Assembly: GCA_963674755.2 (NCBI GenBank) | Contig: CAXXVS010000002.1 | Span: 2,240,001-2,304,000 of the forward strand | DNA from: Desulfobacterales bacterium | GTDB taxonomy: Bacteria > Desulfobacterota > Desulfobacteria > Desulfobacterales > UBA5852 | Length of the DNA: 64,000 bases | Reading direction: 5' to 3' | Part shown: piece by piece, positions 1 through 10,782 of the stretch | Layout: each line of letters opens with the position of its first letter | How positions within the stretch are numbered: position 1 is the stretch's first letter | Notes under the pieces: generated by a model | What the model was told of the DNA's origin: nothing | Database searches by the model: none | What the model saw: only the letters and a program-made list of their open reading frames with translations | Position numbers and translations under genes: made by a program

Positions 1-2168
1 TCACAGGTGATGGTGACGGCATCCGCTTTGATCGCCTTGACGGTCCACTGCCCAATCTGATCGCCCACACGGACCATCTTGCCGCCGATCATGGCCCGGC
101 CGCGCTCGCCGGGGAGGATCATGGTAACCTCGAAATCGATGGATGGCGGCGTCGCCGGGGCCGGCGCTGTTTCCACATCCACGGCTCCGGCATCAGCGGG
201 CCGATCCGGGCCCTGGATTGCCGCTGAGGCCGGGGCAAGGACCCAATCCGGTGTATAGCCCTCTTCGGCGACTCCTTGTCCATCAGTATGAAGCTGGCCT
301 TCTTCCATCCAGGCCACGGCCATCCGGATGTCGCTTGCCAGACCGGGATCGGCGGCATCTAAGGTCTGGATCCGGGCAAGATCTTCGGGCGCGGCCATGA
401 TGCCCAGGGCGATCACTCCGGCCCGACGTTTGTCTACCGAGGGATCCTGCAGCAATATCAGCGCCCGCTCCCGGACCTCCGCCACCGTGGTCGACCGATA
501 GCGGTGCATCTCGTCGAACATGGCCGCACTGTCCGCCAGCAACAGCCGGTCCGGGTCGCGCGACCCGATTTCCGTCATCTTCCCCAGGGCCCAGTTGAGC
601 CATTTTTCGGGTTCCTGCACATACAGCGGGCTCGCCAGGGACGACAAAGCCTGGCAAAAGGACAGGCCGGGATTTTCCGGATCATGGACGCTGGTGGGTG
701 TGGGTTCGCAGTAAAGCGCCCGCAAAAGCGGGATAAAGGCCTGCCGGGTGCCGACCTGGGCCAGGGCCTGTCCGGCCGCATAGCGCACCTCCGGCGCCGG
801 ATCGTTCAGGGCCGACAACAGCGCATCCTCGATGGCGGGATCTTCCGGTCCATTGGCCAGCACCAGGGCCACGTTTTTGCGAACACGGGCTTGGGGGTGC
901 CCCAGCATCCCCAGCAACGCTTGGGCAGGGGCGGCCTCGCGGCGGGTCCTGAGGGCATTTTCCGCCATGCGGGCCATCTTTTCGTCTTCGTTGGCGGTCG
1001 CCAAGAGCAGCGCCTGGAGGGCTTCCGGTCCCGGCGTCGTCTTCAGGTCATTCATGGCCTGCCAGCGCATCTCGGCATCAGGATCATTCAGCCGGGCATA
1101 GAGCAGGGGAACCACCCGGGGATCCTTCAGCTTTCCCAGGGCGGCGGCCGCCGCCCGGCGTACAACAGAATCGTTATCATCGAGCAAGGCCGTCAACCCG
1201 TTCCGGGCCGCCGGGTCGTCGATGGCGGCAATGGCCTTGGCGGCCCGCTCGTTGTGGGGCTTCAGGCGTGACAAGGCCACCAGGCGCGGCAGGGCTTCGG
1301 CCGGCAACGATAACACCGCCAGGGCGGTGAGCGAATGGGCGACCACCATCTCGTCCTGGTCGTCCAACAGCTTTACCAATTGAGGGGCGGCGCTTTGGAT
1401 ACGGCAATTGTGGACCAGGGTAATGGCGCCCTGGCGCACGTCGGATTCGGAAAGCATGGCCCCGATATGGGGCGCAATCAGCGGGCCGGCCTGGGCCGCA
1501 TCCAGGGAGGCCAGTCCCTGGGCGGCGATCAGACGGGTCTTGCCGGTGTCGTTGTCGAGAATTGCGGCAAGAGAGGCCCAGGCCGCTTCGCCGCCGATCT
1601 TGGCAACCGCCCGTATGGCCACATGACGAAAAGGCCGCCCCTGGCCTAGTATATAAGGTTGCAGCACGTCCAGGGCCCGCGGGTCGCCGATATCACCGAG
1701 GGCTTCGATGGCCATTTGGTCTCCCACACGCCCGCTGCCCGGTAAAATGGCGTCAACGCGCCGGATGAGGGGGGCGACCGCCGGCTTCCCGATGGCCACC
1801 AGGGCGCTCCGGGCGGCTTCATGGACATAGTCGCCGGAAATGCTGCCGAACGAATAAACGACACGCACCTTCCGCCCATCGTCCAAATGGTCCATCAACA
1901 AGGGTATGGCCGCATCGCAGGCCTGGCCCTGGTGCGCCAGCTTCCCGATTTCACGGGCCGCCTTGAACGCTTCGACAGGCCCTCCGCCAGCGAGTTTCCG
2001 CATGTTGTCCTGGAGCGCCTCTTCCGGGGACTGGGCGAGCGCAACGCTCGCCCACAGCCCGTAGAGAAGCACCACAGAGAAGAGCATCCGGCAACGGAAG
2101 ATTCGGTTGAGAGGTCGATGGGCAGCGCCATCCGACAGCCGGGGTCGGGCAGTTCGCATCAGTGGCAT
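1..2168 (-). CDS. HEAT/PBS-lyase-like repeat protein with N-terminal signal/TM segment, >720 aa, 3' end outside window (not in ORF track)
   Basis: Manual translation from ATG 2168 stays open to position 1. Hydrophobic segment MLFSVVLLYGLWASVALAQ, repeated HEAT motifs (ALGDIGDPRAL, LLDDNDSVVRRAAAALGKLKDPRVVPLL, ALNDPAPEVRYAAGQAL), Pro/Ala linker, then RAMIGGKMVRVGDQIGQWTVKAIKADAVTI. Confidence 0.8.
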   Translation of the reverse strand, partial: MPLMRTARPRLSDGAAHRPLNRIFRCRMLFSVVLLYGLWASVALAQSPEEALQDNMRKLAGGGPVEAFKAAREIGKLAHQGQACDAAIPLLMDHLDDGRKVRVVYSFGSISGDYVHEAARSALVAIGKPAVAPLIRRVDAILPGSGRVGDQMAIEALGDIGDPRALDVLQPYILGQGRPFRHVAIRAVAKIGGEAAWASLAAILDNDTGKTRLIAAQGLASLDAAQAGPLIAPHIGAMLSESDVRQGAITLVHNCRIQSAAPQLVKLLDDQDEMVVAHSLTALAVLSLPAEALPRLVALSRLKPHNERAAKAIAAIDDPAARNGLTALLDDNDSVVRRAAAAALGKLKDPRVVPLLYARLNDPDAEMRWQAMNDLKTTPGPEALQALLLATANEDEKMARMAENALRTRREAAPAQALLGMLGHPQARVRKNVALVLANGPEDPAIEDALLSALNDPAPEVRYAAGQALAQVGTRQAFIPLLRALYCEPTPTSVHDPENPGLSFCQALSSLASPLYVQEPEKWLNWALGKMTEIGSRDPDRLLLADSAAMFDEMHRYRSTTVAEVRERALILLQDPSVDKRRAGVIALGIMAAPEDLARIQTLDAADPGLASDIRMAVAWMEEGQLHTDGQGVAEEGYTPDWVLAPASAAIQGPDRPADAGAVDVETAPAPATPPSIDFEVTMILPGERGRAMIGGKMVRVGDQIGQWTVKAIKADAVTITC

Positions 2169-2304
2169 GGCATGGTCCTGTTCGTCTGGTTGAGTAGTCC
2201 TGATCAGTATCGGCAAAGTCCGGCTCAAAACTGGACAGAAAAAGTCTGAAGCAGCAAAAATGCCGGTGCACGCCAGCCGCTGTCATACGACAATACCTGC
2301 CGTT

Positions 2305-3594
2305 TCACCGCATTTCAACACGGTTTCTTCCGGATCGCTTGGCTTCGTACAGGGCTTCATCCGCTCTTTTGACAAGCGTTTCCGCTGTGTCCTCGGCAAT
2401 GCTCTCGGTCACGCCGAAACTCGCGGTAATCGCACCGACATCCGTAAAGGGGCAGTCCGCTAGTGTGGCCCGTAATTTTTCGGCCACCCGGCCGGCGGTA
2501 ATTTTGTCCTGCCGGGGCAGAAGAATCAGAAATTCCTCGCCGCCCCATCGGCCCACCGTATCCGTCCCACGCAGGTTTTCTTCAAGCAGCTCCGCCACCC
2601 TATGTAAAACAGCGTCCCCTGCCAGATGCCCGTAGCAATCGTTGACGCCTTTAAAGTTGTCGATATCCAGCATGATAATCGAAAAGCGGCTTCCATATCT
2701 TTTAGCCCGGTTGGCTTCCCCTTCCAGGGCTTCATCCAGCTTCAGCCGGTTGTGCAACCCGGTAAGTCTGTCGGTGCGTATCCCGGTATACGCAGTTTTA
2801 AGCGCGAACAGCATCTGGCGGAAAGAATTGGCCAGGGACGCGATTTCATCATGTGCCCCGGGCGACAGGGCCGCATCGTCGGGAAAATCGTCAATGGCCA
2901 GGATCATCTTGTCCAGGGTCTGATGTTGGATCGTCCGGCCGGTCAGTGGATCCACCTCATGGTCACTGCCCTGGATGTGCTGCATGGCATTGCGCAGCCG
3001 GTAGACCGGTTTGAGCACAAACCGCACCAGAATACTGTTCAGAAACAAACCGATGAGAAGGGCCGCGGAAAAGATCAGGGCAATAAAAATCGCGATAATT
3101 TCCAAGGTCTGGCGTTCAAGCGCCGCCAGCGCGTAGTTGATCTGCCAGAAACCGACCTGCTCGCCGAAAGCCACGATCGGACTGGTATACGTCAGGACGG
3201 ATCGGCCCTCCCATTGGCGCAGAACGGAATCCGGCCGTGAGGCGAGCCGCGCCACCAATTCCGGCGGCAGGTCGTCGGGGACGGCGATGTTGACGGCGGC
3301 CAGCGCAGCCCCGGATTCATCGTAGGCCGAAATGGCGAGCACGTTTTTGCGCTTCATGACTTCGGCCAGGGTGGCCTGTACGGCGATGCTCTGGGAGGCG
3401 AAGATCTCATTGCCCAACTGCTCACGGTACTGCAGGGTCAGATCGTTCAGCGAAAGCTCGATCTGCTCGATGGCCGACTGGCGCCGCTGGGTCTCGAAGA
3501 CCGTGAGCGCCATTCCGAACACCACGGCCACCGCCAGCATGGTCAATGTTACGGAAAGGTAAATCTTATAGCGAAGACTTTGCCTGTTGCGCAT
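2305..3594 (-). CDS. Membrane diguanylate cyclase (2 TM, periplasmic domain, HAMP-like, GGDEF)
   Basis: DRLTGLHNR, MLDIDNFKGVND, I-site RGTD, RWGGEEF; two hydrophobic helices. Confidence 0.9.
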   Translation of the reverse strand: MRNRQSLRYKIYLSVTLTMLAVAVVFGMALTVFETQRRQSAIEQIELSLNDLTLQYREQLGNEIFASQSIAVQATLAEVMKRKNVLAISAYDESGAALAAVNIAVPDDLPPELVARLASRPDSVLRQWEGRSVLTYTSPIVAFGEQVGFWQINYALAALERQTLEIIAIFIALIFSAALLIGLFLNSILVRFVLKPVYRLRNAMQHIQGSDHEVDPLTGRTIQHQTLDKMILAIDDFPDDAALSPGAHDEIASLANSFRQMLFALKTAYTGIRTDRLTGLHNRLKLDEALEGEANRAKRYGSRFSIIMLDIDNFKGVNDCYGHLAGDAVLHRVAELLEENLRGTDTVGRWGGEEFLILLPRQDKITAGRVAEKLRATLADCPFTDVGAITASFGVTESIAEDTAETLVKRADEALYEAKRSGRNRVEMR

Positions 3595-3616
3595 GGTTTC
3601 AACCGATCGGCGGCCT

Positions 3617-4738
3617 TCAATCCGGCGGCATGGTCATCAGCAGGGCGGGACGCCCGTTCGTGATTTTCATGACGACCACCTGTTTTTGCGGATCACCGTT
3701 TTCATCAAACGTGATGTTGCCCGTCACACCAGGATAGTCCCGGGTGGCGGCCAGGGCGTCGCGAATGGCCGAGCGGTCGAGGGCGACGGCGCGTTGCATG
3801 GCATCGAACAGCAGCATGGCGGCATCGTAGGTAATGGCGGCGAAATCCGTTACTTCATAGGTATTTTTATACCGGGCGATGAAGGCTTTGGTTTCGGCCG
3901 TATCCAGCGCCTTGCTCCAATGGGCGGTATAATAGCCTTCCTTCAAATCCTGGCCGCCGTTGGCGTAGAATTGGCGATAAGGCCAGCCATCTCCGCCGAG
4001 CAGCTTCGCCTGAATGCCCATATTCTGAGCTTCGCGGACGATGTAGCCGCTTTCCGCGTGACCGGGGATGAAAAGAATATCCGGATTCAATCGTTTGGCC
4101 GCTTCCAGGAGGTCCCGGAACGCGGTCTGCCGGAACTTGTAATCCAGAACGGCCAGCACCTGCCCGCCTTCCGCCGTAAAACGGCGCTCGAATTCCTCTG
4201 ACAAGCCAAGGCTGTAGTCGCTGGTAATGTTGCGGACGATCACGGCCGTCGCGGCTTTGAGTTCCTTGCGGGCGAACTTGGCCAGGGCCCGGCCTTGAAA
4301 GGCGTCGATAAAACAGGCCCGAAAAATGTAATCCCCTGTTGTGGTGACATCCGGATGGGTCGAATCCGGGCTGATCATGGGGACTTTCATTTTTTGCAGA
4401 TAAGGGGCCATTGCCAGGGAGTGGGAACTCCAGGAAGCTCCGATGACGGCGACGGCCCCGTCCTTGACCGCCTTTTTGGCGGCCAGCCGGCTCTGGATCG
4501 GGGTGCTGTGATTGTCGTACTCCAGCAGCTTGATCATTTTGCCATGCACCCCGCCCGCGGCATTGACCTCGTCGGCGGCAAACCGGATGGCCTCGAACAG
4601 TTCCAGATTGTCTTCCGCCGCTTCACCGGTTTTGGCAAAAATGGCGGCCACTTTGACCCTATCAGCGGCCCTTGACAACGCGACTCCCGGACCCACCATG
4701 GATATAACTAAACCCACTGTAATCAAAACCTTATTCAT
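3617..4738 (-). CDS. Branched-chain amino acid-type (LivJ/LivK family) periplasmic binding protein
   Basis: Signal peptide; VNAAGGVHG, VIGASWSSHS, LLGGDGW, YPGVTGNITFDENGD. Confidence 0.88.
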   Translation of the reverse strand: MNKVLITVGLVISMVGPGVALSRAADRVKVAAIFAKTGEAAEDNLELFEAIRFAADEVNAAGGVHGKMIKLLEYDNHSTPIQSRLAAKKAVKDGAVAVIGASWSSHSLAMAPYLQKMKVPMISPDSTHPDVTTTGDYIFRACFIDAFQGRALAKFARKELKAATAVIVRNITSDYSLGLSEEFERRFTAEGGQVLAVLDYKFRQTAFRDLLEAAKRLNPDILFIPGHAESGYIVREAQNMGIQAKLLGGDGWPYRQFYANGGQDLKEGYYTAHWSKALDTAETKAFIARYKNTYEVTDFAAITYDAAMLLFDAMQRAVALDRSAIRDALAATRDYPGVTGNITFDENGDPQKQVVVMKITNGRPALLMTMPPD

Positions 4739-5267
4739 GCTATCTCACTTTCCGTCTCCGCCCTTGTCCCCGGGGGGGCCGGTACAACGTCTCCCGGTCA
4801 GGCGTCGCGGTATTGCACCGCGCTGTTGTCGCCGGGACATCCCCGGCAAAGGCCCGGGTTTGCACCAACAAAGGCTATCATCGGCAATCTCATGAATTTC
4901 TTAATGATTTCCCGGCAGGGCGTTGGTTGTCTCTGCACAGCGGAGGAGGCCTGGTTTCAGCGACTTCGGCCCCCCCTATTCTATAGCGTCCAGGCCGTCA
5001 GGTTGTGGCGTGGGAGGCCGTCCGCGGAATGCATCGGTCAGGCAGGAGAATCCCGCCCCTTGGGCGACCTAAGGTTTAAGGCACGGCCGGCTCGGTGCCG
5101 ATGACATTGGGCTTGGAGCCGCCTTTCGATACGGCTATACTTTTTTCGACACCGGATGCAGGGTTCTGTTTCGGTAAAACAGAAGCGATCTAAGCCCCCG
5201 CATGCCGGCCGGCCGATATCCCCATCAGCAACTTCGACACCATCGCTGAAAAGAAGGGAATCCGATC

Positions 5268-5831
5268 ATGGGTGAAAATGACCGCAAACTATTCCGGCAA
5301 TTGATGCAAAAAGGTTTCAGCACCCTCACCCAGAGTGAGAAGCGGGTCCTTAAAACCATTACCGAGGGTCTGCACATCAGCAGGAATGTGATCAAGGATT
5401 ATGAACAGCACTATACCTTCGGACAGCGGTTGGCGGATAAGGTGGCCGCTTTCGGCGGGTCATGGACCTTCATCATCCTCTTCCTCGCAATCCTGCTGAT
5501 ATGGATCGCAGTGAATACTTTCGCTTTCTTCCATTTCGTCAAAAGGTTCGATCCCTACCCCTACATCCTGCTGAACCTGGTGCTGTCGATGCTGGCTGCG
5601 TTTCAAGCCCCGATCATTATGATGTCCCAGAACAGGCAGGCCGCCAAGGACCGTGCGGATGCGGAGCATGATTACGAGGTCAATCTGAAGGCCGAGCTGG
5701 AAATCATGGCATTGCATGAAAAGATGGATACCATGCGGGAAAAGCAACTGGAAAAAATGCTGGTGTTGCAGCAGCAGCAAATTGACATGATCGCTAATTT
5801 CCTTCAGGATGCCGGCCCGAAACCGTCCTGA
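5268..5831 (+). CDS. DUF1003 family membrane protein
   Basis: ADKVAAFGGSWTFI, FDPYPYILLNLVLS, QAPIIMMSQNRQ. Confidence 0.9.
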   Translation: MGENDRKLFRQLMQKGFSTLTQSEKRVLKTITEGLHISRNVIKDYEQHYTFGQRLADKVAAFGGSWTFIILFLAILLIWIAVNTFAFFHFVKRFDPYPYILLNLVLSMLAAFQAPIIMMSQNRQAAKDRADAEHDYEVNLKAELEIMALHEKMDTMREKQLEKMLVLQQQQIDMIANFLQDAGPKPS

Positions 5832-5979
5832 CCGCCTGCCTATCTGCCGGATGCATAGCATCGATTGGTTGGATGGCCGGCCGGTTAGCACAAAAGGGGG
5901 AAATGGTCATCGAAGCGATAGCTGGCCTGCCGTTCTGGTTGTCAGGGCCGCCCGGCGGCCCTCCCAGGGAGAAGGCGTA

Positions 5980-6759
5980 ATGCCCGACTCTAAAAATCTC
6001 ATATCCAGCGAAAGACTGCTCCGGCTTCTGCGACGGGCGACCTCACGGACCGCCCTTCTTTATCTGGCCTTGGGGGCATTACTGCTCGTCGCTGTAATTG
6101 TGGCGGGCCGCGAAATCGAGCAGCACATCAATACGATCGAATCCTGGCTGGCCGGCATCGGCCCGTGGGGCATTATGGCCTTCATCGGCCTGTTCGTTGT
6201 GACGACGTCGTTTCTGGTGCCGGACACCGTGCTGTGCCTCGTCGCGGGCGCCCTTTTCGGGTTGTACGGGGGTATAGCGGCGGTGCTGGTGGGCAACGTG
6301 CTGGCGGCGCCGCTGCAATTCGCCCTCGCGCACAAGCTCATGCGGGCACCCATCCAGCGCATGCTGGCCAAGCGGCCCTCCCTGGCCGCCATCCAGGACG
6401 CTGTCGTTCGGGACGCCTTTCGCCTGCAGGTGCTGCTGCGCCTGACGCCCTTGAACCCCGCCACCATCAGCTACCTTCTCGGGGCCGCCGGCGTCCGGTT
6501 TGCCGGGTTCATCGTGGCCTGCCTGGCGTCATCCCCCAACCTGATGATCGAAGTCTATTTCGGGTACGCCGGCAAGCAGGCCGCCATGCTGGCCGGCGGT
6601 AGAGCAAAAGCCACCCAGCTGCACGACCTGGCCATCATCGGCGGATTCGTGGCGTGCGTGGTCGTCATGATTGTCCTGTCGCGCATGGCCCGCAAAGCCG
6701 TTATGCAGGCGGTGGCGAAAAGCGATAACGGCGAAGCGCGCCCGGCACCGCAGGAGTAA
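5980..6759 (+). CDS. TVP38/TMEM64 (VTT, DedA superfamily) membrane protein
   Basis: Multiple TM segments, AGALFG and LLRLTPLNP motifs; ATG 5980 follows GGAGAAGG. Confidence 0.85.
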   Translation: MPDSKNLISSERLLRLLRRATSRTALLYLALGALLLVAVIVAGREIEQHINTIESWLAGIGPWGIMAFIGLFVVTTSFLVPDTVLCLVAGALFGLYGGIAAVLVGNVLAAPLQFALAHKLMRAPIQRMLAKRPSLAAIQDAVVRDAFRLQVLLRLTPLNPATISYLLGAAGVRFAGFIVACLASSPNLMIEVYFGYAGKQAAMLAGGRAKATQLHDLAIIGGFVACVVVMIVLSRMARKAVMQAVAKSDNGEARPAPQE

Positions 6760-7202
6760 CACGATTATACCTGGAGCCATGGACCATATCGGGAACATAG
6801 ATCCGCGGCGGGCTGGTGCATCAGTTGCACGCACCAGGTAAAGCGTTGGTGCCCCAAGGTGAATGATCAATTGATTCGGAAAGCCTTTTTCTTCCCATTT
6901 TGCACCTCAGGAATGTCTGCCTAAAAAAGCATCGTTAACATTGGGAATTTCATCGTAAGCCTATCGTTTCCTGATCTATCAGAACGGCGAGGCCTGCATC
7001 TCCTGCCCCCTGATCGGTAGAACCGCGCCACATCCTCCACCAGATGTGGCGGGTTAGGATCAAAACCAATACCTGTGCCGCGCTTTAGCAAATATCAAGC
7101 CGGGGCAAAAACGGCGCCGTCATGCCCACCGGAAGCATGAACGGCGCTATTGATTTGGACGGTCCTGAATGTGGGCGTGAACCGCAGGTTTTATACGGTG
7201 CG

Positions 7203-8045
7203 TTAGGGTGCCACGGTGATCGTGAATTTGATCGAATTGTTGTGCTCGTTGTGCTCCTGGACATCATCCTGGGTATCCACGAAAAACGCCACCACGTACT
7301 TGCCGGGCCGGGTCGTGTTCCACATCCGGGCCACCACATATTGCTGGCTCTGGGGGGTGGTCACATCCAGGTGGCCCACAGAGGCCGCATCCTTGGGCTG
7401 GCTTTCGCCCCCGATCCGCACCCCGGTCCGGAAGGCGCCGGAAGGGATATCCCCGATGTTGTTGATGGTGGCCGTGAGAAAAATCTGATCGTTCACGGTG
7501 GGGTTGGCCGGCTTTACCCGGGGATTGACGAGCGTGAGGTCCGGCAGAATGTCTTTGACCCTGAAATCCTTGAACGTAGAATTGTTGTTTTCCTTGCTTT
7601 CGGCCACCGATCCGTTGGCATCGGCGATGAAGGCCGCCCGAAAATTGCCGGCGGTGGACATCACCTGATAGCGCGTGATGGTATGGACCGCGTTGGGGGC
7701 CAGGACAGGCACGGGATAGGTTTGAGGCTTAGACTCCCCGCCCACGCGGATGCCACCCTGGGACGCCGCGGCGGACGCCAGCCCTTTGTTCACAATCCGG
7801 GCGGTGAACCGGACCGTGTCCCCCTTCTTCGGATTGGACGGATAAATCTGCATCATCATAATCTGCAGATCCGGTTTGGGCCGGGCAATATGACCCGTGT
7901 CCACCTGTTGGGGCGTTCGCACGGCCTTGGGCGCCTTTTGCAGCACGGCGGGATTGAGTTTGCGGACCTCGGCACTGTGCACCGGCATCGCCAGACCGGC
8001 CACGAAAACCGCCGCTGACATGGTGAGGATGAGTCGCTTTAGCAT
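7203..8045 (-). CDS. Secreted protein with two CARDB-like Ig domains
   Basis: Signal peptide from MLKRLILT; two repeats PDL...P..P..GD.V...A.I.N.G...D....V.E..E.NN. Confidence 0.8.
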   Translation of the reverse strand: MLKRLILTMSAAVFVAGLAMPVHSAEVRKLNPAVLQKAPKAVRTPQQVDTGHIARPKPDLQIMMMQIYPSNPKKGDTVRFTARIVNKGLASAAASQGGIRVGGESKPQTYPVPVLAPNAVHTITRYQVMSTAGNFRAAFIADANGSVAESKENNNSTFKDFRVKDILPDLTLVNPRVKPANPTVNDQIFLTATINNIGDIPSGAFRTGVRIGGESQPKDAASVGHLDVTTPQSQQYVVARMWNTTRPGKYVVAFFVDTQDDVQEHNEHNNSIKFTITVAP

Positions 8046-8467
8046 GGGATGATATCCTTTCGCTGAGAATTGCATCTTGGGGTTGCCCATCGCGTTTATG
8101 AAGGCCATCGGCATCCACTTTCCTGCAGGTTCAACCATGGGTGCCGCCCATGCTCCGAAAGGTTCAAAATCAGGTTTTAGTCCTGGACCGGCCCGGCAAA
8201 TGCGGCGTTTGCGATGGATGAAGCGCAGAGGGCGGCCATTGGCCCCTGGCGGTCCAATCCCTGTGGCTCCAACCAGCCGCTGCCGGACACCGCCTCCCTC
8301 CCCCGAACTTCTTGTTTTTTCATCGCAATCTGATATTGATACGATCTTGTCGTGCGGTCGATCCGATCAGGATAAGATACCTGCCCTTCGGCGGTGGCCG
8401 TCGTCGCGGACCAGGCCAGGCGCTGTTGGCATGCCCCTATTTTCAGACGGAATTGGATTGTTATTTA

Positions 8468-10384
8468 ATGGAAAAACCCACGTATGAAGCACTGCTGAAA
8501 AAAATCAGCGATCTCGAAGAGAAAGTCGAAATCTACCAGACGCTGGTGGAAAACAGCCCGGACCTGCTCTACCGGACGGATCTCCAGGGACGGATCACGT
8601 TCATATCGTCGTCCGTTTACAGGCTCTCAGGGTATACGGTGGAAGAGGCCGTGGGGATGAAGATCGCGGAAGAGATCTACCTTTTCCCCGAAATGAGGGA
8701 AACGTTCCTGGAAAAATTAAACCAAACCGGGCAGGTCACCAATTTTGAAGCCCAGCTGAAACGTAAAGACGGCTCCACATGGTGGGCGGCATCCAATGCT
8801 CATTTATACCGGAACGAATCCGGGGAAGTCGTCGGCGTAGAGGGTATTACGCGCGATATAAGCGCGATCAAATCCGCCGAAAGGGCCCTGCGCGAGAGTG
8901 AAGAACGGTTTCGACTGACCTTTCACACCAGTCGCGATTCCATCATTTTGACCCGGTCCGCCGACGGGATGATCATTGATATCAACGAAGGATTTACCAA
9001 ATCGCTGGGGTTTACACGCGAGGATGTGGCTGGTGAATCGTCTATTTCCTTGCAAATTTGGAAAAATCCCGCGGACCGGCAGCGTATGATCGAGGGTCTG
9101 GCTCAGAACGGTTTTATTGAAAACCTGGAAGCGGAATTTTCCTGCAAAGATGGGAAGATCCGAATCGGTCTGATGACGGCCTGCATGTTGGAAATCAATG
9201 ACGAAAAGGTGATTTTAGCCATCACCAGAGATATCACCGACAAGAAAAGAATGGAGCGCCAGCTCCAGCAGACCCAAAAGTTCGAGGCGATCGCAACCCT
9301 GGCAGGCGGGGTGGCCCATGACTTCAACAACCTCCTGATGGGCATCCAGGGCCGGATATCGCTAGTGGCGGCGGACCTCGAACCGTTCCATCCCCATTCG
9401 GAACATTTAAGCGCCGTCGAGGAGTATATTCGAACGGCCACCGATCTGACCAAACAGCTCCTGGGATTTGCCCGCGGCGGTCAATATGAAATCAACCCAA
9501 CGGATTTAAACGAATTTTTGATGAACAGCGCCACGATGTTCGGTCGGACCAAAAAGGAAATTCAGATCCACTCCAAGCTGCGGGAACCCTCGCCCGTGGT
9601 GGACATCGACCGATCTCAGATTGATCAGGTGTTACTGAACCTGTTTGTCAACGCATGGCAGGCGATGCCCAAGGGCGGCGATATTTATCTGGAATCTCAG
9701 GTCGTCAGCCTCGATGAGAATTATTGCAAACCCCACCATATCCAACCGGGCCGTTATGCTAAATTTTCGGTCACCGATACCGGCATCGGCATGGATGAAG
9801 CGACCCGCGGCAAGATTTTCGACCCCTTTTTCACCACCAAGGGGAAAAGTCGCGGAACAGGGCTGGGGCTGGCTTCGGCCTACGGCATTATCAAAAATCA
9901 CCACGGCATCATAACGGTCTACAGTGAACCGGGCCAGGGGACGACGTTCACCATCCATCTGCCTCTTTCGGATAAGGCGGCCTTCCAGGAGGACCTTGAA
10001 CAAAAGGGCCTCGTCAAAGGTTCGGGAACCATTCTTCTGGTAGACGATGAGGAAATGATCCTGGGGGTCGGGCGGGCGATGCTGGAAAAACTGGGCTACC
10101 GCGTGATCGTTGCCGGCGGCGGCGAAGAGGCGCTCCATATTGTAGGACGCCAGGAAGAAGACATCGATCTGGTTGTTCTGGACCTCATCATGCCGGGTAT
10201 GCCCGGCGGCCAGGTATTTGACGCCATCCGGGAAATCCGCCCGGATATGCCCATCCTTCTATCGAGCGGCTACTCGATCAACGGCCAGGCCAAAGACATC
10301 ATGGCAAGAGGCTGCAACGGATTTCTCCAGAAACCCTTCAACCTCTCCGAGCTCTCCCAAAAAATTGACCAAGTACTGCATTAG
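8468..10384 (+). CDS. PAS-PAS hybrid sensor histidine kinase with receiver domain
   Basis: LAGGVAHDFNNLL H-box, N box NLFVNA, DTGIGMD, FDPFFTTK, GTGLGL; C-terminal REC (LLVDDE, VLDLIMP, QKP). Confidence 0.93.
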   Translation: MEKPTYEALLKKISDLEEKVEIYQTLVENSPDLLYRTDLQGRITFISSSVYRLSGYTVEEAVGMKIAEEIYLFPEMRETFLEKLNQTGQVTNFEAQLKRKDGSTWWAASNAHLYRNESGEVVGVEGITRDISAIKSAERALRESEERFRLTFHTSRDSIILTRSADGMIIDINEGFTKSLGFTREDVAGESSISLQIWKNPADRQRMIEGLAQNGFIENLEAEFSCKDGKIRIGLMTACMLEINDEKVILAITRDITDKKRMERQLQQTQKFEAIATLAGGVAHDFNNLLMGIQGRISLVAADLEPFHPHSEHLSAVEEYIRTATDLTKQLLGFARGGQYEINPTDLNEFLMNSATMFGRTKKEIQIHSKLREPSPVVDIDRSQIDQVLLNLFVNAWQAMPKGGDIYLESQVVSLDENYCKPHHIQPGRYAKFSVTDTGIGMDEATRGKIFDPFFTTKGKSRGTGLGLASAYGIIKNHHGIITVYSEPGQGTTFTIHLPLSDKAAFQEDLEQKGLVKGSGTILLVDDEEMILGVGRAMLEKLGYRVIVAGGGEEALHIVGRQEEDIDLVVLDLIMPGMPGGQVFDAIREIRPDMPILLSSGYSINGQAKDIMARGCNGFLQKPFNLSELSQKIDQVLH

Positions 10385-10506
10385 CGTCCTGTTCATTGCC
10401 AACCGGGAGCGCTTCTTGGGCAACCTTTCATGGAAAAGCGGCCTGTCCCCTCTCCGTTAGTGACCCGGGAAACACCCACATCGAACCCCATGCAACGGGC
10501 CCATCT

Positions 10507-10782
10507 TCAGGACATCGGCCGGATGCGCACCTCGATCCCTTCCCGGTCTTCGAGCAGTTCCGTGAGCCGGGCCGGGTCCGTCTCGCCGAAATGATAGGGG
10601 TAAAGAATTTTGGGCTGAAAGGGTCGACTGGATGACCCGGCCCTCGAATATCAGATAAAGGGAACCGTGGCCGATGAAGGTGATCGCCAGGTCACCCGCA
10701 GTGGTCGGAAAGACATCCTTTTCAAAAGCCCCGCGGTCCCGACGGGCACGGCACACAGGACGGCGGCCGTCATCAGGCGCAT
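10507..10782 (-). pseudogene. Remnant of an exported MBL-fold metallo-hydrolase (frameshifted, core deleted)
   Basis: N-terminal FEKDVFPTTAGDLAITFIGHGSLYLIFEGRVI..DPF joined directly to a C-terminal FQPKILYPYHFGETDPARLTELLEDREGIEVRIRPMS-stop in another frame; the HxHxDH core is absent. Confidence 0.7.
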
